This document shows, in pieces, positions 28,936 to 42,127 of a stretch of 64,000 nucleotides of DNA; positions within the stretch are counted from its first letter, which is position 1; each line of letters opens with the position of its first letter. The notes beneath the pieces were generated by a model. It worked only from the letters and a program-made list of their open reading frames with translations, did no database searches and had not been told where the DNA came from. The position numbers and the translations under genes were made by a program. The DNA is from Octopus vulgaris (taxonomy: Eukaryota), in NCBI GenBank assembly GCA_951406725.2, contig OX597817.1, positions 57,660,001 to 57,724,000 of the forward strand, in the 5' to 3' direction.

Positions 28936-29304
28936 TATATCATCCATATACACACAGATACTTACACCTAAGTTTGTATAGGTATGGAAATGAAATTTAC
29001 CAGAAAAATGTTCAAAGAAAAAGTGGAAACCACAAATAATGTTTCAAGAAATTTTATTTTCCCCCAAATCTCAACATTCTATATATAAGGAGGAGCTGGG
29101 GGTGGGGCAAAAGGCATTGCTCCTGTGATTCCATTAGTAATAAAGCTGTTCTGTAATGTCCTTAATGGTAACAGCTTCTGAACTATAAGCTAACAAATCT
29201 TCATTGCTGTCTGCAGGATTGATAAAATATATACCAGTAATATACCGAGCTAAATTCTATTTAACATACATCTTTGTGCACAATGGTCCTGTGGTTAGGG
29301 AAAA

Positions 29305-29340
<36 letters not shown>

Positions 29341-29342
<2 letters not shown>

Positions 29343-30905
29343 GCGTGCCGGGCAAAATGCTTAGCGGTATTTCGTCTGCCGCTACGTTCTGAGTTGAAAT
29401 TCTACTGAGGTTGACTTTGCCTTTCATCCTTTCGGGGTCGATAAATAAATACCAGGTACGCACTGGGGTCGATGTCATTGACTTAATCCGTTTGTCTCTC
29501 CTTGTTTGTCCCCTCTATGTTTAGCCCCCTGTGGGCAATAAAGAAATAATAATAACAATAATAATTATTATTATTATTATTCCATCACAAAGTCTAATCC
29601 TTGTTGCGCTGTGGAGGGTTTTGTGCTTCAATGGTCTTGAGAGTTATGCCAGCAGAGCATAAGATATTGGTCAGTCCTCCCATGTTGGACAAGTCAAAGG
29701 ATAGAAGCCAGACTAATATGGATCACCTCTTCCCAAAGAAAAAAAAAAAAAGGCTTGTATAGATTGAACACCCCTATCTAGAAAAATGCAAAGTTACAGA
29801 AGCATCGATGACTATTCAAAACTAACATGACCCGGGAGAGAGAAAATACAGCCCAAAACTGAAGACAACAGAGAAAAAATGTCAATGGTCTACACTCTGT
29901 AGGAAGTGAAAGGCTTAAGTAAGTGTTGTTGTTGTTATTATTATTATTATTACTAAGGCGGTGAGCTGGCAGAATCATTAGCACGTCAGGTGAAATGCCT
30001 AGCGGTATTTCATCTGTCTTCATGTTCTGAGTTCAAATGCCATCAGGGTGCCCTTTGCCTTTCATCCTTTCGGAGTCGATAAATTAAGTACCAGCTATGC
30101 ACTGGGGTCGATGTAATTGACTTAATCTCTTCCCCCAAATTTGAGGCCTTGTGCTTCCAGTAGAAACGATTATTATTATTATTATTATTATTATTAAGGC
30201 GGCGATCTGGCAGAAATGTTAGCATGCCAGGCGAAATGCTTAGTGGTATTTTGTCTGCCGCTATGTTTGAGTTCAAATTCCGCTGAGGTCGACTTCGCCT
30301 TTCATCCTTTCGGGGTCAATTAAATAAGTACCAGTTACGCACAGGGATCAATATAATCAACTTAATCCATTTGTCTGTCCTTGTTTGTCATCTCTGTGTT
30401 TAGCCCCCCTGTGGGTAGTAATGAAATAGGTATTTCATCTGTTTTCATGTTCTGAGTTCAAATGCCATCAGGGCCAACTTTGCCTTTCATCCTTTCGGGG
30501 TCAATAAATTAAGTACCAGTTATGCACTGGGGTCGATGTCATTGACTTAATCCCTTCTCCCAAATTTGAGGTCTTGTGCTTCCAGTAGAAGTGATTATTA
30601 TTATTATTATTAAGGCAGCGAGCTGGCAGAATTGTTAGCATGCCGGGTGAAATGGTTAGCGGTATTTTGTCTGCCACTGTGTTTTGAGTTCAAATTCTGC
30701 CAAGGTTGACTTTACCTTTCATCCATTCAAGGTTGTTAAATTAAGTACCAGTAAAACACTGGGGTCGATGTAATTAACACATCCCCTCCTCCCTCAAATT
30801 TCGGGCTTTGTACCTTTAATAAAAAGGATTATTATTATTATTATTAAGATGGCAAACTCATTAACATGCTGGATAAAATGCTTAGCGGCATTTCATCTGT
30901 CTTTA
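29341..30905 (+). mobile_element. Head-to-tail cluster of about six tRNA-derived SINE copies (family A) in (TTA)n tracts
   Basis: Repeated ggcggtgagctggcagaa...gagttcaaattcc (A/B boxes)...gcctttcatcctttcggggtcgataaattaagtaccag, each preceded by (TTA)n. Confidence 0.85.
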
Positions 30906-30907
30906 TA

Positions 30908-32350
30908 TTCATCATCATCATTTAATGTCCGTTGTCCATGCTGGCATAGGTTGGATGGTTTGACTGGGGCTGGCACGCTGGAAGGCTGTACCAGACTCCA
31001 GTTTGATTTGGCATGGTTTTCTACAGCTGGATGCCCTTCCAAATGCCAACCACTCTGAGTGTGTAATCAGTGATTTTACATACCACCAGTATGGGTGCCA
31101 TTTGCATGACACTGGGGTGCTTTTACGTGCCACCAGCATGGGTGCCAATTTATGCAACACTGGTATCTGCATGACTGCGATTTTGCTCAACTTGATGGGT
31201 CTTCTTCTCAAGCACGACATAATGCCAACGATCTCGATCATTGCCTCTGTGAAGCCTAACACTTGAAAGGAACTCAGTCACTTTACCTCCGTGAGGGCCA
31301 ATGCATGAAAGGTGTTCTTTACATGCTACCAGCACAGTAACCCTTGGCTTGATGAATCCTCTCAAGTACAGCATATTGCCAAAGGTCTTGGTCACTAGTC
31401 ATTGCCTGTGTGAGGCCCAAACTTCGAAGATCATGCTTCATCACCTTGTCCCATGTCTTCCTGGGTCTACTTCTACCAGAGATTCCCTACATAGTTAGAG
31501 ATTGGCACTTCTATACACAAATGTCCTTCTCGATACACATCACATGACCATACCAGTGTGGTCATCTCTCTTGCACACCACACCTGATTCCTCTTATGCC
31601 TAACTTTTCTCTCAAGATGCTTACACTCTGTCAAACATGCACACTGACATTGCACATCCAGCGAAGCATATTGGCTTCATTTCTTTCAAGACTACGCATA
31701 TACTTGGCTGTCACAGCCCATGTTTCACTGCCATGCAGCATAGCTGTTTGCACACAAGCATCAAACATTCTGCATTTCTTTCTGAGAGAGAGAGACGGGC
31801 CCTTTTTGGTCAGTAGAGGTAGGAGCTCTCTGAACTTTACCCATCCTAAACTTATTCTCACAACTATGCTCTCAGAGCATCCACCTCCACTACTAACTTT
31901 GTCACCTAGATAACGGAAGCTATCTACTACCTCTAGCTTGCACCCCTGGCAGTTGATGGAGTCTATTTTCTGCCCATTTTCAGTGTTTATTGTACCTGTG
32001 CATCTCCTGCATACAAAAGCTAGTTTCCCTGTTAACCTTCCTCTGATATTGCTGCACATTTTGTGTCCAAAGCTTACACTGGGTGCATCTTATGGAGTTT
32101 CTACCCTCACCTTTTCTACAGATTGAGTAGGGCCATCTTCTTGAAGGGATTTGTGATTTGTCTGCCTTCCTACTTACTAAGACTTTCGCTAGGTTAACTC
32201 TAAGGCCCTTTGATTCTAGACCTTGCTTCCATACCTGAAACTTCTTCTCTAGTTCAGGTAGTGATTTATCTATAAGAGCAAGGTCATCAGCATAGAGGAG
32301 TTCCCAGGGACAGCCTGTCTTGCATTCCTCTGTTATTGCCTGGAGGACTA
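30908..32350 (-). mobile_element. 5'-truncated, degenerate RTE-clade LINE (RT C-terminal half + 3'UTR + (GAT)n tail)
   Basis: Frameshifted peptides LQAITEECKTGCPWELLYADDLAL (RT YADD), GLRVNLAK, LEVVDSFRYLGD, MLHGSETWAV, ERNEANMLRWMCNV; followed by the 3'UTR shared with many short copies. Confidence 0.92.
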
Positions 32351-32738
32351 TGATGAACATAATAATAATGGTTTCAAATTTTGGCACAAGGCCAGCAAGT
32401 TCAGGAGGTGGGGTTAAGTGGATTTCATTGACCCCTGTATTCAAGTGGTGCTTATTTTAATGACCCCAAAAAGATGAAAGGCAAAGTCAGCCTTAGTGGA
32501 TACTGCCTTATGTAATAATAATAATAATAATAATAATGATAACGAAGGTTTGTTTGTCACCAGGGCAAAGGATGAGGGAGACAAATAATAATAATAATAA
32601 ATTTCTAACTGAGACACACAACTATAAATGATTGTGAAGATGTGTGGTTGATTAAAACCAAATCTTGGACATGGCTGGTTACTTGTTTTTATTGATTCTG
32701 GGGGTGATTAGTGCAAGAAATAAGGAGAAAATACTCAC

Positions 32739-32942
32739 CCGCTCAAGTTCATCCCGTAACGAAAATATCGACCTTTCTCGTAAAACAACAAGTTCTTCCA
32801 GATATTGGTAACGCAGTTTCTTCCTTGCTCGACATTCTCTTGCACTCTGCCGGCTTCTTTCTAGCCGAGCCTTCTGGTCAATCTTGGAAGGTTTTCTGCC
32901 TCTTCTACCAGCTCGTTTCACTGGCCTTTCGGCAGACATTTT
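32739..32942 (-). CDS. CREBL2: CREBL2/REPTOR-BP-like bZIP transcription factor, bZIP-encoding exon (ATG at 32939)
   Basis: Translation MSAERPVKRAGRRGRKPSKIDQKARLERSRQSARECRARKKLRYQYLEELVVLRERSIFSLRDELER closely matches the CREBL2 signature RGRKPxKIDxKAKLERSRQSARECRARKKLRYQYLEELV. Acceptor ctacag|AAAATG at 32943/32942 and phase-0 donor GAGCGG|gtgagt at 32739/32738. Confidence 0.95.
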
Positions 32943-33676
32943 CTGTAGGAAGCAACAAGAGAAAGATTTATTTGCTTTAAATCATTCCTGTCAGTCATAA
33001 ATCTCAAGCATCAATCACTGATTTATGTAAAAAAAAAAAAAAAAGGAAAAGCAACTACCCTTCAACTTCAATAAGTTCCTGCTAATATTTTATAATAGTC
33101 CCATTATAACGTGGGACTGTGGTCTACCGGTACATTTAACAACTACAACAATAATCTTTGTTCCTGGGAACAACTCCTTCCTCACAAGCCCATTTTAAGT
33201 GTCCACTCCACATATGTACACACACATACACAAATACACACATACATACACATGTACACACATCCAGCAGGAGAAACAATGCCAAATGGAAACAGGAGAG
33301 AGACTCGGTCCTCTGGCTGCACCTGGTTGGACAGCGGAATAAACAAGAACTGATTTAAGCCACTATGACCTGTCCATCCCATGGCAGCTTGGAGAGCAGT
33401 CATACAATGATGACAATGATGATGATGAGGAGAAGGAGGATATAAAACACACACAAATAAAATATCCAGAAAGTTGATATTGAAGATATATATACAGATA
33501 CATGGTTCAATTCCTATGGTAACTCTCCCAACTTTTTTTTTCCATTGAGTATTTTCTAAGGAACTAGGATTTGTAGTTTCATTTGCATTTTTGTAATATT
33601 ATGAGAAAAGAAAAAAAAGATTTATTTTCAAATTTCTTCAAAAATGAAAACCAAAGCAAGCAATTTTTTTACTTAC

Positions 33677-33913
33677 AGTTTTTCTCTATAACTGCTTCAC
33701 CAGGAGAGGCAAGGCAGTGCCCAGGGCCTTCTTCAAACCCTTTTCAAGGCCACTGTGACTGATGGAATGAAGAGAGGAAGTTGTCCTCCAAACACAGACT
33801 TCACCCATATTGCTTGTAACAGAAAAAGACTCCACCAAAGAGACCCAAATTTCAGCTGATGGTGTTAAACTGGACACTGGATGTTCAGTCACAAATAACA
33901 CCCAGGATAACAT
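33677..33913 (-). other. Probable upstream (5'UTR/uORF-containing) exon of the CREBL2-like gene
   Basis: Unique non-repeat sequence with consensus donor ACT|gtaagt at 33677/33676 and possible acceptor ttcttaag|ATG at 33914/33913; 734 bp upstream of the bZIP exon. Contains a 75-codon ORF ending at TAG 33688-33686. Confidence 0.45.
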
Positions 33914-34234
33914 CTTAAGAAATATCAGGAGGGTATATCAGCCGAAACTTGTTAGCAACAAACAAAATGAGGACAAATCATTGGTCAACCCAAGTTTACA
34001 ACAGAAGACATTTACCCAAGGTTCTATGTGCTGAGATTGAACCAGGGACCACCCAAGTCATTGTGAAGAGAAATGCTAAGAGACATATCCAAACTTACCA
34101 CAATATTATTCTCAACCAGGGACCACATAAGGTCTTCTTGTTAAAATTTATCTACAAAACATTGCTTACATTTCTACAATACAAACAATATTTTTATTAT
34201 TTCTCTATGATTCCTCATAATATCTGTTCTTTTT

Positions 34235-34520
34235 TTATTCTTTTCTTTGTTTCAGTCATTTGACTGTGGCCATGCTGGAGCACCACCTTTAGTCGAACAA
34301 ATGGACCACAGGACTTATTCTTTATAAGCCTAGTACTTATTCTATCAGTCTCTTTCAATGAACTGCTAAGTTACAGCAACGTAAACACACAACATCAGTT
34401 GTCAAGCGATGGTGGGGGGGACAAACACACACATATGATGGGCTTCTTTCAGTTTCCATCTACCAAATCTGCTCACAAGGCTTTGGTTGGCCCGAAGCTA
34501 TAGAAGACATTTGCTCAAGA
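34235..34520 (-). mobile_element. Family B SINE copy (head truncated)
   Basis: Consensus match. Confidence 0.8.
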
Positions 34521-35019
34521 TATTTAATTACAATAATATAATAGGATTTTAATTAAACATTGAATGGCGGTGGTGGGGGGGCAACGTAGAGGAAAAAGAG
34601 GAATGAAAGGGACCCAGAGAAATGGAAGAGGAAGAATATTCTGCATGTGAGAGACATCTGAATTGAAGAAGAGTAGAAATGAATGATAGTAACTGTATCT
34701 GGGAGATTAGCTTAATCTGGGAAAGATTAAGATACAGGAAAATATATAAACAAGATTCTGGTATTTTTCCATATATGTACACCCAACAAGAATTAAGTAC
34801 TACACGTACATACACACACGCAAACACTTCTATATAGAATGCTATCAATTCAAGGATACCATACACACAAGCATTGCATGTGACAACTGCACACACACAG
34901 ACACGTACATGGCACATGACTACAGTATATGCATGCACATACAGACAATGTTTATGACTACAAATACACACACACACAAACACGTGATCATAAAGCACGC
35001 ACATACACACACACACGAA

Positions 35020-35395
35020 ACTGAGCTGTTATTTACTCAGTTCCAACTAGACAATGGGTCCCATTTTAACTGGCCTCAGGTTTAAACAGACAGAAGTCAG
35101 TGGTTTTAACGTGACAATTGATCTTAAACACATCCTGGTTTCGACTGAATACTAGCTCATTGTTTTAGCTAGGCATTGGACCTCATTTTAACAGGAGACT
35201 AAACCCCATTTTTGCCTGGACCTTAGTTTTACCTGAAGGTTAAATTCCAGATTTGTCTGCACAACAGGGCTCTGTTTTTGACTGGATGGTCACTACGTAT
35301 CTGTTTTAATTGAATAAAAGACTCTAGTTTTGACAGAAAACTGGACCCTGTTTTCTTTGGAGATGAAGCTCAGTTTTGACAGAAGACTAGAAGTA
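35020..35395. repeat. Highly diverged ~23-24-bp minisatellite
   Basis: Recurring ctggacccc-agtttt-aactgg-like units. Confidence 0.55.
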
Positions 35396-35649
35396 GTTCC
35401 CAAAGTCCCTCAAATCATACCCTACCATCTTAAGAACATGAAACAAAACATTGGACAATGGAGACCTGAATATATGAAATTGGCAGGATGGTCAAAGTGG
35501 GAATGTCATTGGTCACAAATCTCAACCAGGTTTGGTTGGCCCGGGGCTAAACAACACCGATGACAACTGGTTCTTGCAGTATTGGTCTTTAGAGAATGAA
35601 AGTTAAGGTCAACTAAGGCAGGATTGGGGTTGAGAAGAAATACAAGAGC

Positions 35650-36003
35650 GCGATCGTTGCCAGAGCGGCTATCTGGCCTCTGTGCCAGTGGCACATAAAA
35701 GACACCATTCGAGCATGATCGTTACCAATGTCGCCTTACTGGCACCTGTGCCGGTGGCATGTGTAAAAGATTCGAGTGAGGTCGTTGCCAGTACCGCCTG
35801 ACTGGCCCCGTGCCGGTGGCACATAGAAAGCACCCACAACACTCTCGGAGTGGTTGGCATTAGAAAGGGTATCCAGCCGTAGAAACACTGCCAGATCAGA
35901 TTGGAGTCTGGTGCAGCCATCTGGTTCGCCAGCCCTCAGTCAAACCGTCCAACCCATGCTAGCATGGAAAGCGGACGTTAAACAATGATGATAATGATGA
36001 TGA
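35650..36003 (+). mobile_element. RTE-tail repeat
   Basis: Consensus match ending ggacgttaaacaatgatgataatgatg. Confidence 0.85.
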
Positions 36004-36709
36004 CAAGAAATGTCAAAAAACAAAATGTCTCAGAGCTACCAATTTCTGTTAAGTCACTACATTAAGGAAGTAACAAGCGAACAATCAGTTCAGTCAGATC
36101 CACTGATAATTGGATACAACAACAACAACATAAGTACAATAACAACAATCCACAATGCGACAACCACAAAGATTCTTTATTTATAACACAGCTGACTCAT
36201 GCAGCAGTAATCTGTCTGCCTGTTTGCTATTCTCTCTCTATTCTCAGTCTGTCTCTTTCATTCTCTGTCAATTTATGAAGACTGCCTAATCTCTCTCAGT
36301 CAATTACAACAATAACTTATAATAAAACAGCAAAATGACTGAGGAATTTACTTATAACTTAATTCAGCTGATACAAACAATGTTGATCTATCTATCTTTC
36401 TACATTCTCTATTAACAAACCAAACCACATCTTTTCTCTTCACGCATTTCCACTTCATGCACTATGCTTACCCCCAACTCCCCAACCCTGTCCTCTTGGC
36501 CCTGCCTCACTGTATCACTGGTATCTGCTAACCCTTGACCTGTGTGTTCCACTCACGCACATTAAGAAAACTTTACACACATCCTACTCCAACAAACCAA
36601 TCTACATCTCTTCTCTTCCTCACATTTCCTCCTTCATGCACTACGCCTACCTCTCCCCAATCCTGGCCTCAAGGGCTCCCCCCCATATCATTGCTATCCA
36701 GTAACCTAT

Positions 36710-36935
36710 TTCTTTACTACCCACAAGGGGCTAAACACAGAGAGGACAAACAAGGACAGACAAACAGATTAAGTCAATTATATCAACCTCAGTGCGTAAC
36801 TGGTACTTATTTAATCGAACCCAAAAGGATGAAAGGCAAAGTTGACCTCGGCGGAATTTGAACTCAGAACGTAACAGCAGATGAAATACCGCTAAGCATT
36901 TCACCCGGCATGCTAACGATTCTGCTAGCTCGCCT
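36710..36935 (-). mobile_element. SINE family A copy
   Basis: Full-length consensus match. Confidence 0.85.
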
Positions 36936-37399
36936 ATCCAGTATCCCCACATCTCTGCACTCTCTAAACATGCTTCGTTTGCAATATCCTGCCACTTATA
37001 CTATGACCTTTGAACCTCAAGGGCATGCCCTAGCACTTGCCACCATCTATATCTCTCTCTCCTCCTTTACTCAATCATCCCATTGATAATCTGATCCCTA
37101 ACCCGTGTGAGTATGCCTGACACTTTGCCACCATCTCTATCCTATCCTACTACCTCCCACTCTCTCTCTCTCCTTCTCCTGCTCTTCCCTCAGGTTAGGT
37201 AACCATGTCTCTCCTTTGTGGTAGCGTACCTGTTTCTGTCTTTCGTTCCTGATCTCTCTCTCTCTCCTCTGGCTGGCTAACCTTGTTCTTCTTCTACAGC
37301 AAGACACCTGTTTCTGTCTCTGTCTCTCTATAACCTTTCATCATCCGACACAAGATCACCTCCTCTAATTCTCCCTCCCCTCTCAAAAGATTTTTTTCT

Positions 37400-39060
37400 G
37401 TCTTGCAAGGTACTTGGTGACCCTGTCAGTGCAGGTGCCACATAAAAGCACCCAATCCACAATGTAAAGTGGTTGGTGTTGGGAAGGGCAATCAGCTGTA
37501 AAAATCCTACCAAAACAGTTACAGAATTCAGGTGCAGGCTTCTTCCTGACTGGCTCCTGTCAAACCATCCTACCTATGCCAGTATGGAAGGCAAACATTA
37601 AGCGAGGATGATGATGATATATATATATATATACTTGGATTGTAGGGCGACCTGCTGTGCTTGAGAAGACCTATTGAGTCAAGTACATCACCATCAACAT
37701 CAAAAAATCAAATGGAAATTGTAGTTGTGATCCCTGTGCTGGTGGCACGTAAAATGCACCATCCGTATGTGGCCGATGCCAGCACTGCCATGACTGGCTT
37801 CCGTGCCAGTGGCACGTAAAAAGCACCAACCGATTGTGGCCATTGCCAGCCTCCCCTGGCACCTGTGCTGGTGGCATGTAAAAAGCACCCACTACACTCA
37901 CGGAGTGGTTGGTGTTAGGAAGGGCATCCAGCTGTAGAAACACTGCCAGATCAAGATTGGAGCCTGGTGCAACCTCCTGGCTTCCCAGACCCCGGTCGAA
38001 CCGTCCAACCCACGCTAGCATGGAAAACGGACGTTAAATGATGATGATATAAGTGCAGGAGTAGCTGTGTGGTAAGTAGCTTGCTTCTCAACCAAATGGT
38101 TCTAGGTTCACTCCCACTGTATGCTACCTGGAGCAAATGTTTTTTACTATAGCCTTGGGCCAACCTGTGAGTGAATTTGGTAAACGGAAACTGAAAGAAG
38201 TCCATCATATGTGTGTGTGTGTGTGTTTCTCTCAGTGTTTGTCCCCCTCCATCACAGCTTGACAACTGATGTTTGTGTGTTTGCATCCCCATAACTTAGC
38301 AGTTTGGCAAAAGAGACTGACAGAATAAGTACCGGGTTTAAAAAATAAGTACAGGGGTTGACTGAAGATTTAAGGCAGTGCTCCAGCATGGCAGCAGTCT
38401 AATTACTGAAACAAGTAAAAGATAAAATATATATACACACATACATACATACATACACATATATATCATCATCATCATCGTCTTTGTTTAATGTCTGCTT
38501 TCCATGCTTTTCATGGATTGGATGGTTTGATTGAGAACTGGCAAACTGGGAGGCTGCACCAGGCTCCAAACTGATCTGGCAAGGTTTCTACAGTTGGATG
38601 CTCTTCCTGATGCCAGCCACTACGAGAATGCAGTGGGTGCATTTTATGTACCACTAGCACGGGAGCCAGTCAGGTGGCACTGGCATTGGCCAGGCTCGAA
38701 TGGTGCTTTTTACATGTCACCAGTACAGATGCCAGTCAGGCGGCACTAGCATTGTTTGGCACTGATATCATCATCATCGTTTAACATCCGCTTTCCATGC
38801 TAGCATGGGTTGGACAATTTGACTTAGGACTGGCAAGCCAGAAGGCTGCACCAGGCTCCAATCTTGATCTGGCAGAGTTTCTACAGCTGGATGCCCTTCC
38901 TAATGCCAACCACTCCGAAAGTGTAGTGGGTACTTTTACGTGCCACCGGCACAAGGGCCTGTCAGGTGGTACTGGCAACGGCCACGCTCAAATGGTGTTT
39001 TTTACATGCCACCTGCACAGGAGCCAGTCCGGTGGCACTGGCAATGACCTCACTCGAATT

Positions 39061-39091
<31 letters not shown>

Positions 39092-39300
39092 TATCATTGC
39101 TTAATGTGGATTTTTCATGCTGGCATGGGTTAGATGGTTCCCCAGAAGTTAACAAGTCAGAGGACCATACCAAGTTCCAATATCTGCTTTGACATGATTT
39201 CTATGACTTAATATCCTTCTTAATGCCAACCACTTTACAGAGTGGACTGGGTGCTTTTTACCTGATACTGACCACCAGTGAGGTCACCAAGTACTGCGCG
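37400..39300. mobile_element. Cluster of five RTE-tail repeats (plus 37400-37618, 37640-38048; minus 38465-38755, 38766-39060, 39095-39300) with an intervening CORE-type SINE (38050-38430)
   Basis: Repeated consensus matches in both orientations. Confidence 0.8.
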
Positions 39301-39863
39301 AGATAAAGACCTCTCCTCACCACCACCATGCTGTAGGATCTATGCCAGGTGACGAGAGGTTAAAGTAGTATGATAAAGAGACAAGAACAAGCATGTTGCT
39401 GTTGGGAAGAGGCATGGTTACCCCAGCTGGAAAAGGAGAAATGATGGCGAAGAAGAAGAGTCAAGGTATAACCTCAAGATACAAGGAAAAGAATATAAGT
39501 GGTATAGGAAGGTGAGAGTGTAAATGGGGAGTGGCAAATGGATGGAGGTGGGGACAAAAGGAAATGCGGTGATTGGTGAATATGGTGGAGGTGTGGTTAA
39601 TTGTGAAGGGAAGGTGGAGCAAGTAACTGTGGGTCAGAGAGGAAACAGGCAGAAGCAAAGATAATGTGAGGGTGTGAGAGAGATGTACAGTGCTGGGGAT
39701 AAAGTTAGAGGTACATAAGGGGGGAAATAGGATGAGATGAATAGAGGTAATAGGGAGAGAGCTACTGTTGGTAAAATGAGGGGTGAGTACAGAAGGAAGG
39801 TGAAGTAAAAGGGGTATTCAGTAGAAAATAAGGTGGTACAAGATGAAACTGAGACAAGATGAA

Positions 39864-40098
39864 AAGGCGGTGAGCTGGCAGAAACGTTAGCATGCTGGGC
39901 AAAATGCATAGCCGTATTTCATCTGCCGTTACGTTCTGAGTTCAAATTCCACCGAGGTCGACTTTGCTTTTCATCCTTTCGGGGTCGATAAATTAAGTAC
40001 CAGTTAGGCACTGGGGTCGATGTAATCGACTTTCTACCTATGTCTGTCCTTGTTTGTCCCCTCTGTGTTTAGCTCCTTGTGGGTAGTAAAGAAATAGG
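39864..40098 (+). mobile_element. SINE family A copy with flanking duplication
   Basis: Full-length copy; ggtacaagatgaaactgaga occurs both before (~39835) and after (~40097) the insertion. Confidence 0.85.
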
Positions 40099-40329
40099 TA
40101 CAAGATGAAACTGAGAATGTGGGAGACAAAGGTAGTGGTTCCAGGGTGGGGGTGAGTGGGAGTACGAAAAGGTTGAGGATCAAATATGTGCAGTTCCACT
40201 CTTATATAAGTACAGCAGATGAGTGACTAAAGCTGTAGTTAGAAAAGTGATGGAGGGAAGGCGTAGGGGAAATTTTTCAGGGATAGATTGGGTCTGGGGG
40301 ATCAGACATAAAGTAATATGCTTTTGCTT

Positions 40330-41690
40330 TAAGGATTTCATTTTTGCTTAGATGGATGGGTCATCTCAATTACAGCAAATCAGCGACCATCTCAGTCCTT
40401 AGTCATCTCCTCCATGAAAGCCAACATCTGGAAGTCATTCTTCACTATTTCATCCTATATCTTCCTCTTTCACAAGTTCAATCCACTTTTAGTGACTGGC
40501 ACTTTTTTATGCAGCTGTTTCCATCCATGTTCATCACATGACCAAACCAGTGCATACTTCTCTCCTCCAGACGAGATCTGATGCCTCTTTTATGCCCAGT
40601 CTTTCTCTCAGCACATTTGTTGTATATGCATGTGGCACACTCATATTGCACATCCAGTGGAGAATGCTAGCCTTGTTTTTCTCTGGATTTCACTCAAACT
40701 CAGCATTCATGGCCCACATTTCACCACCATGTAGCATTGCTGTTTGTATTCAAGCATCATATAATCTTCCTTTCACTATACTAACACACACACACACACA
40801 CGTATGTATGGATATAGGCCTTGCAGCATATATGCAGTGGTTTGAATTAGAGGTTTCTGCACAGGATTCCTTTGCAAAGAAAAGTATGCATTTGTGTGTG
40901 TGTGTATCTCATCATCATCATCATCCTTTAGTGTCCATTTTCCATGCTGGCATGGGTTGGATGATTTGACACGAGTTGGTCAGCTGCAGAACTGCATCAG
41001 GCTCCAATTGTCTGTTTGGGAATGGTTTCTACAGCTCCATGCTCTTCCTAGCATCAACAACTTTACAAAGTGTGCTGGGTGCTTTGTATGTGCCACTGCT
41101 TGAGTGCTCTTCTGTGACACTGGCATGTGAGCTTTTTCCATAGCACCAGCACAGGACTTTCGCAGGCTAATCCTCTTCACCAGGAGGAGTAGTCTTGACA
41201 CTTCTGAGGATGGGTCTTCTTGAGTACAGTAAGGTTTCAGGTATCTTGGTCCTTTGTCATCTCATTTAAAAGATTCAGTATCTTGAGGTCGTCCTTCAGT
41301 ATTTTGTCCCATGTCTTCCTGGGTCTCTCTCTTCCACATGTTCCGTCTACTTTGAAAGATCAGCACTTCTTTATAGAGCTGTCAGCATCAATCTGCATCA
41401 CATGACCAAACCAGCACAGTCTTCACTCTTGCACACAACAACCAATTCCTCTCATGCCTAACTTCTCTCTCAAAACACAAGCACCTTGTCAAACATGTAC
41501 ACTTACATTACACATCCAGCAGACCATGCCAGCCTCATTTCTCTCCAGATCTTAAATACCTCCTGCATTCAGGGCACACGTCCCACTACCATGTAGGATT
41601 GTTACCTGTATACATGCATCATAAATCTTCCTTTCATTCGGAGAGAGAAACCTTTCATAACCAACAGAGGTAACAACTCTCTCAATTTAT
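40330..41690 (-). mobile_element. Two older degenerate RTE LINE 3' fragments
   Basis: Similar to 31400-31850 (cacatgaccaaaccag, gcacatccag, ccatgtagcattgc) and to the RTE 3'UTR at 40908-41100. Confidence 0.75.
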
Positions 41691-42127
41691 GATAATGGTG
41701 GCGATGATGATGATTGTGATGTATATCTTTTACGTGTTTTAGTCATTAGATTGTGGCCATGCTGGGGCATCTTTTTGAAGAAATTTAGTTGAACAAATCA
41801 ACCCCAGTACTTAGTTTTTTTTTAAGCCTGACATTCTGTTTTGTGAAACTGCCAAGTTATGGGGACACCAACAGCAGTTGTCAAGCAGCGGTGGTCGAGG
41901 TACACACACACACACACGATGGGCTTCTCTGAGGCTCTATCAAAATCTCACAAGGATTTGGACAGCTTGAGGCTACAGTTGAAGACATTTGCTCAAGGTG
42001 ACACACAGCAGAACTGAACCCAGAACCATTTGGTTAGGAAGCAAAATTCTTACTACACAGCCATGCCTACACCTATCAAATTCACTCACAAGATATTTAT
42101 CGGTAAATATATATATTGTGTGTATGT

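Noticed and set aside
32679-32738. ORF tail VSIFSLFLALITPRINKNK
   Set aside because: Read-through into the intron past the gtgagt donor; family homology continues in the 19993 exon.
33810-34034. Plus-strand 74-aa ORF and plus-strand acceptor at 33678
   Set aside because: Non-ATG start, runs into repeat fragments, and all frames from the acceptor close early.
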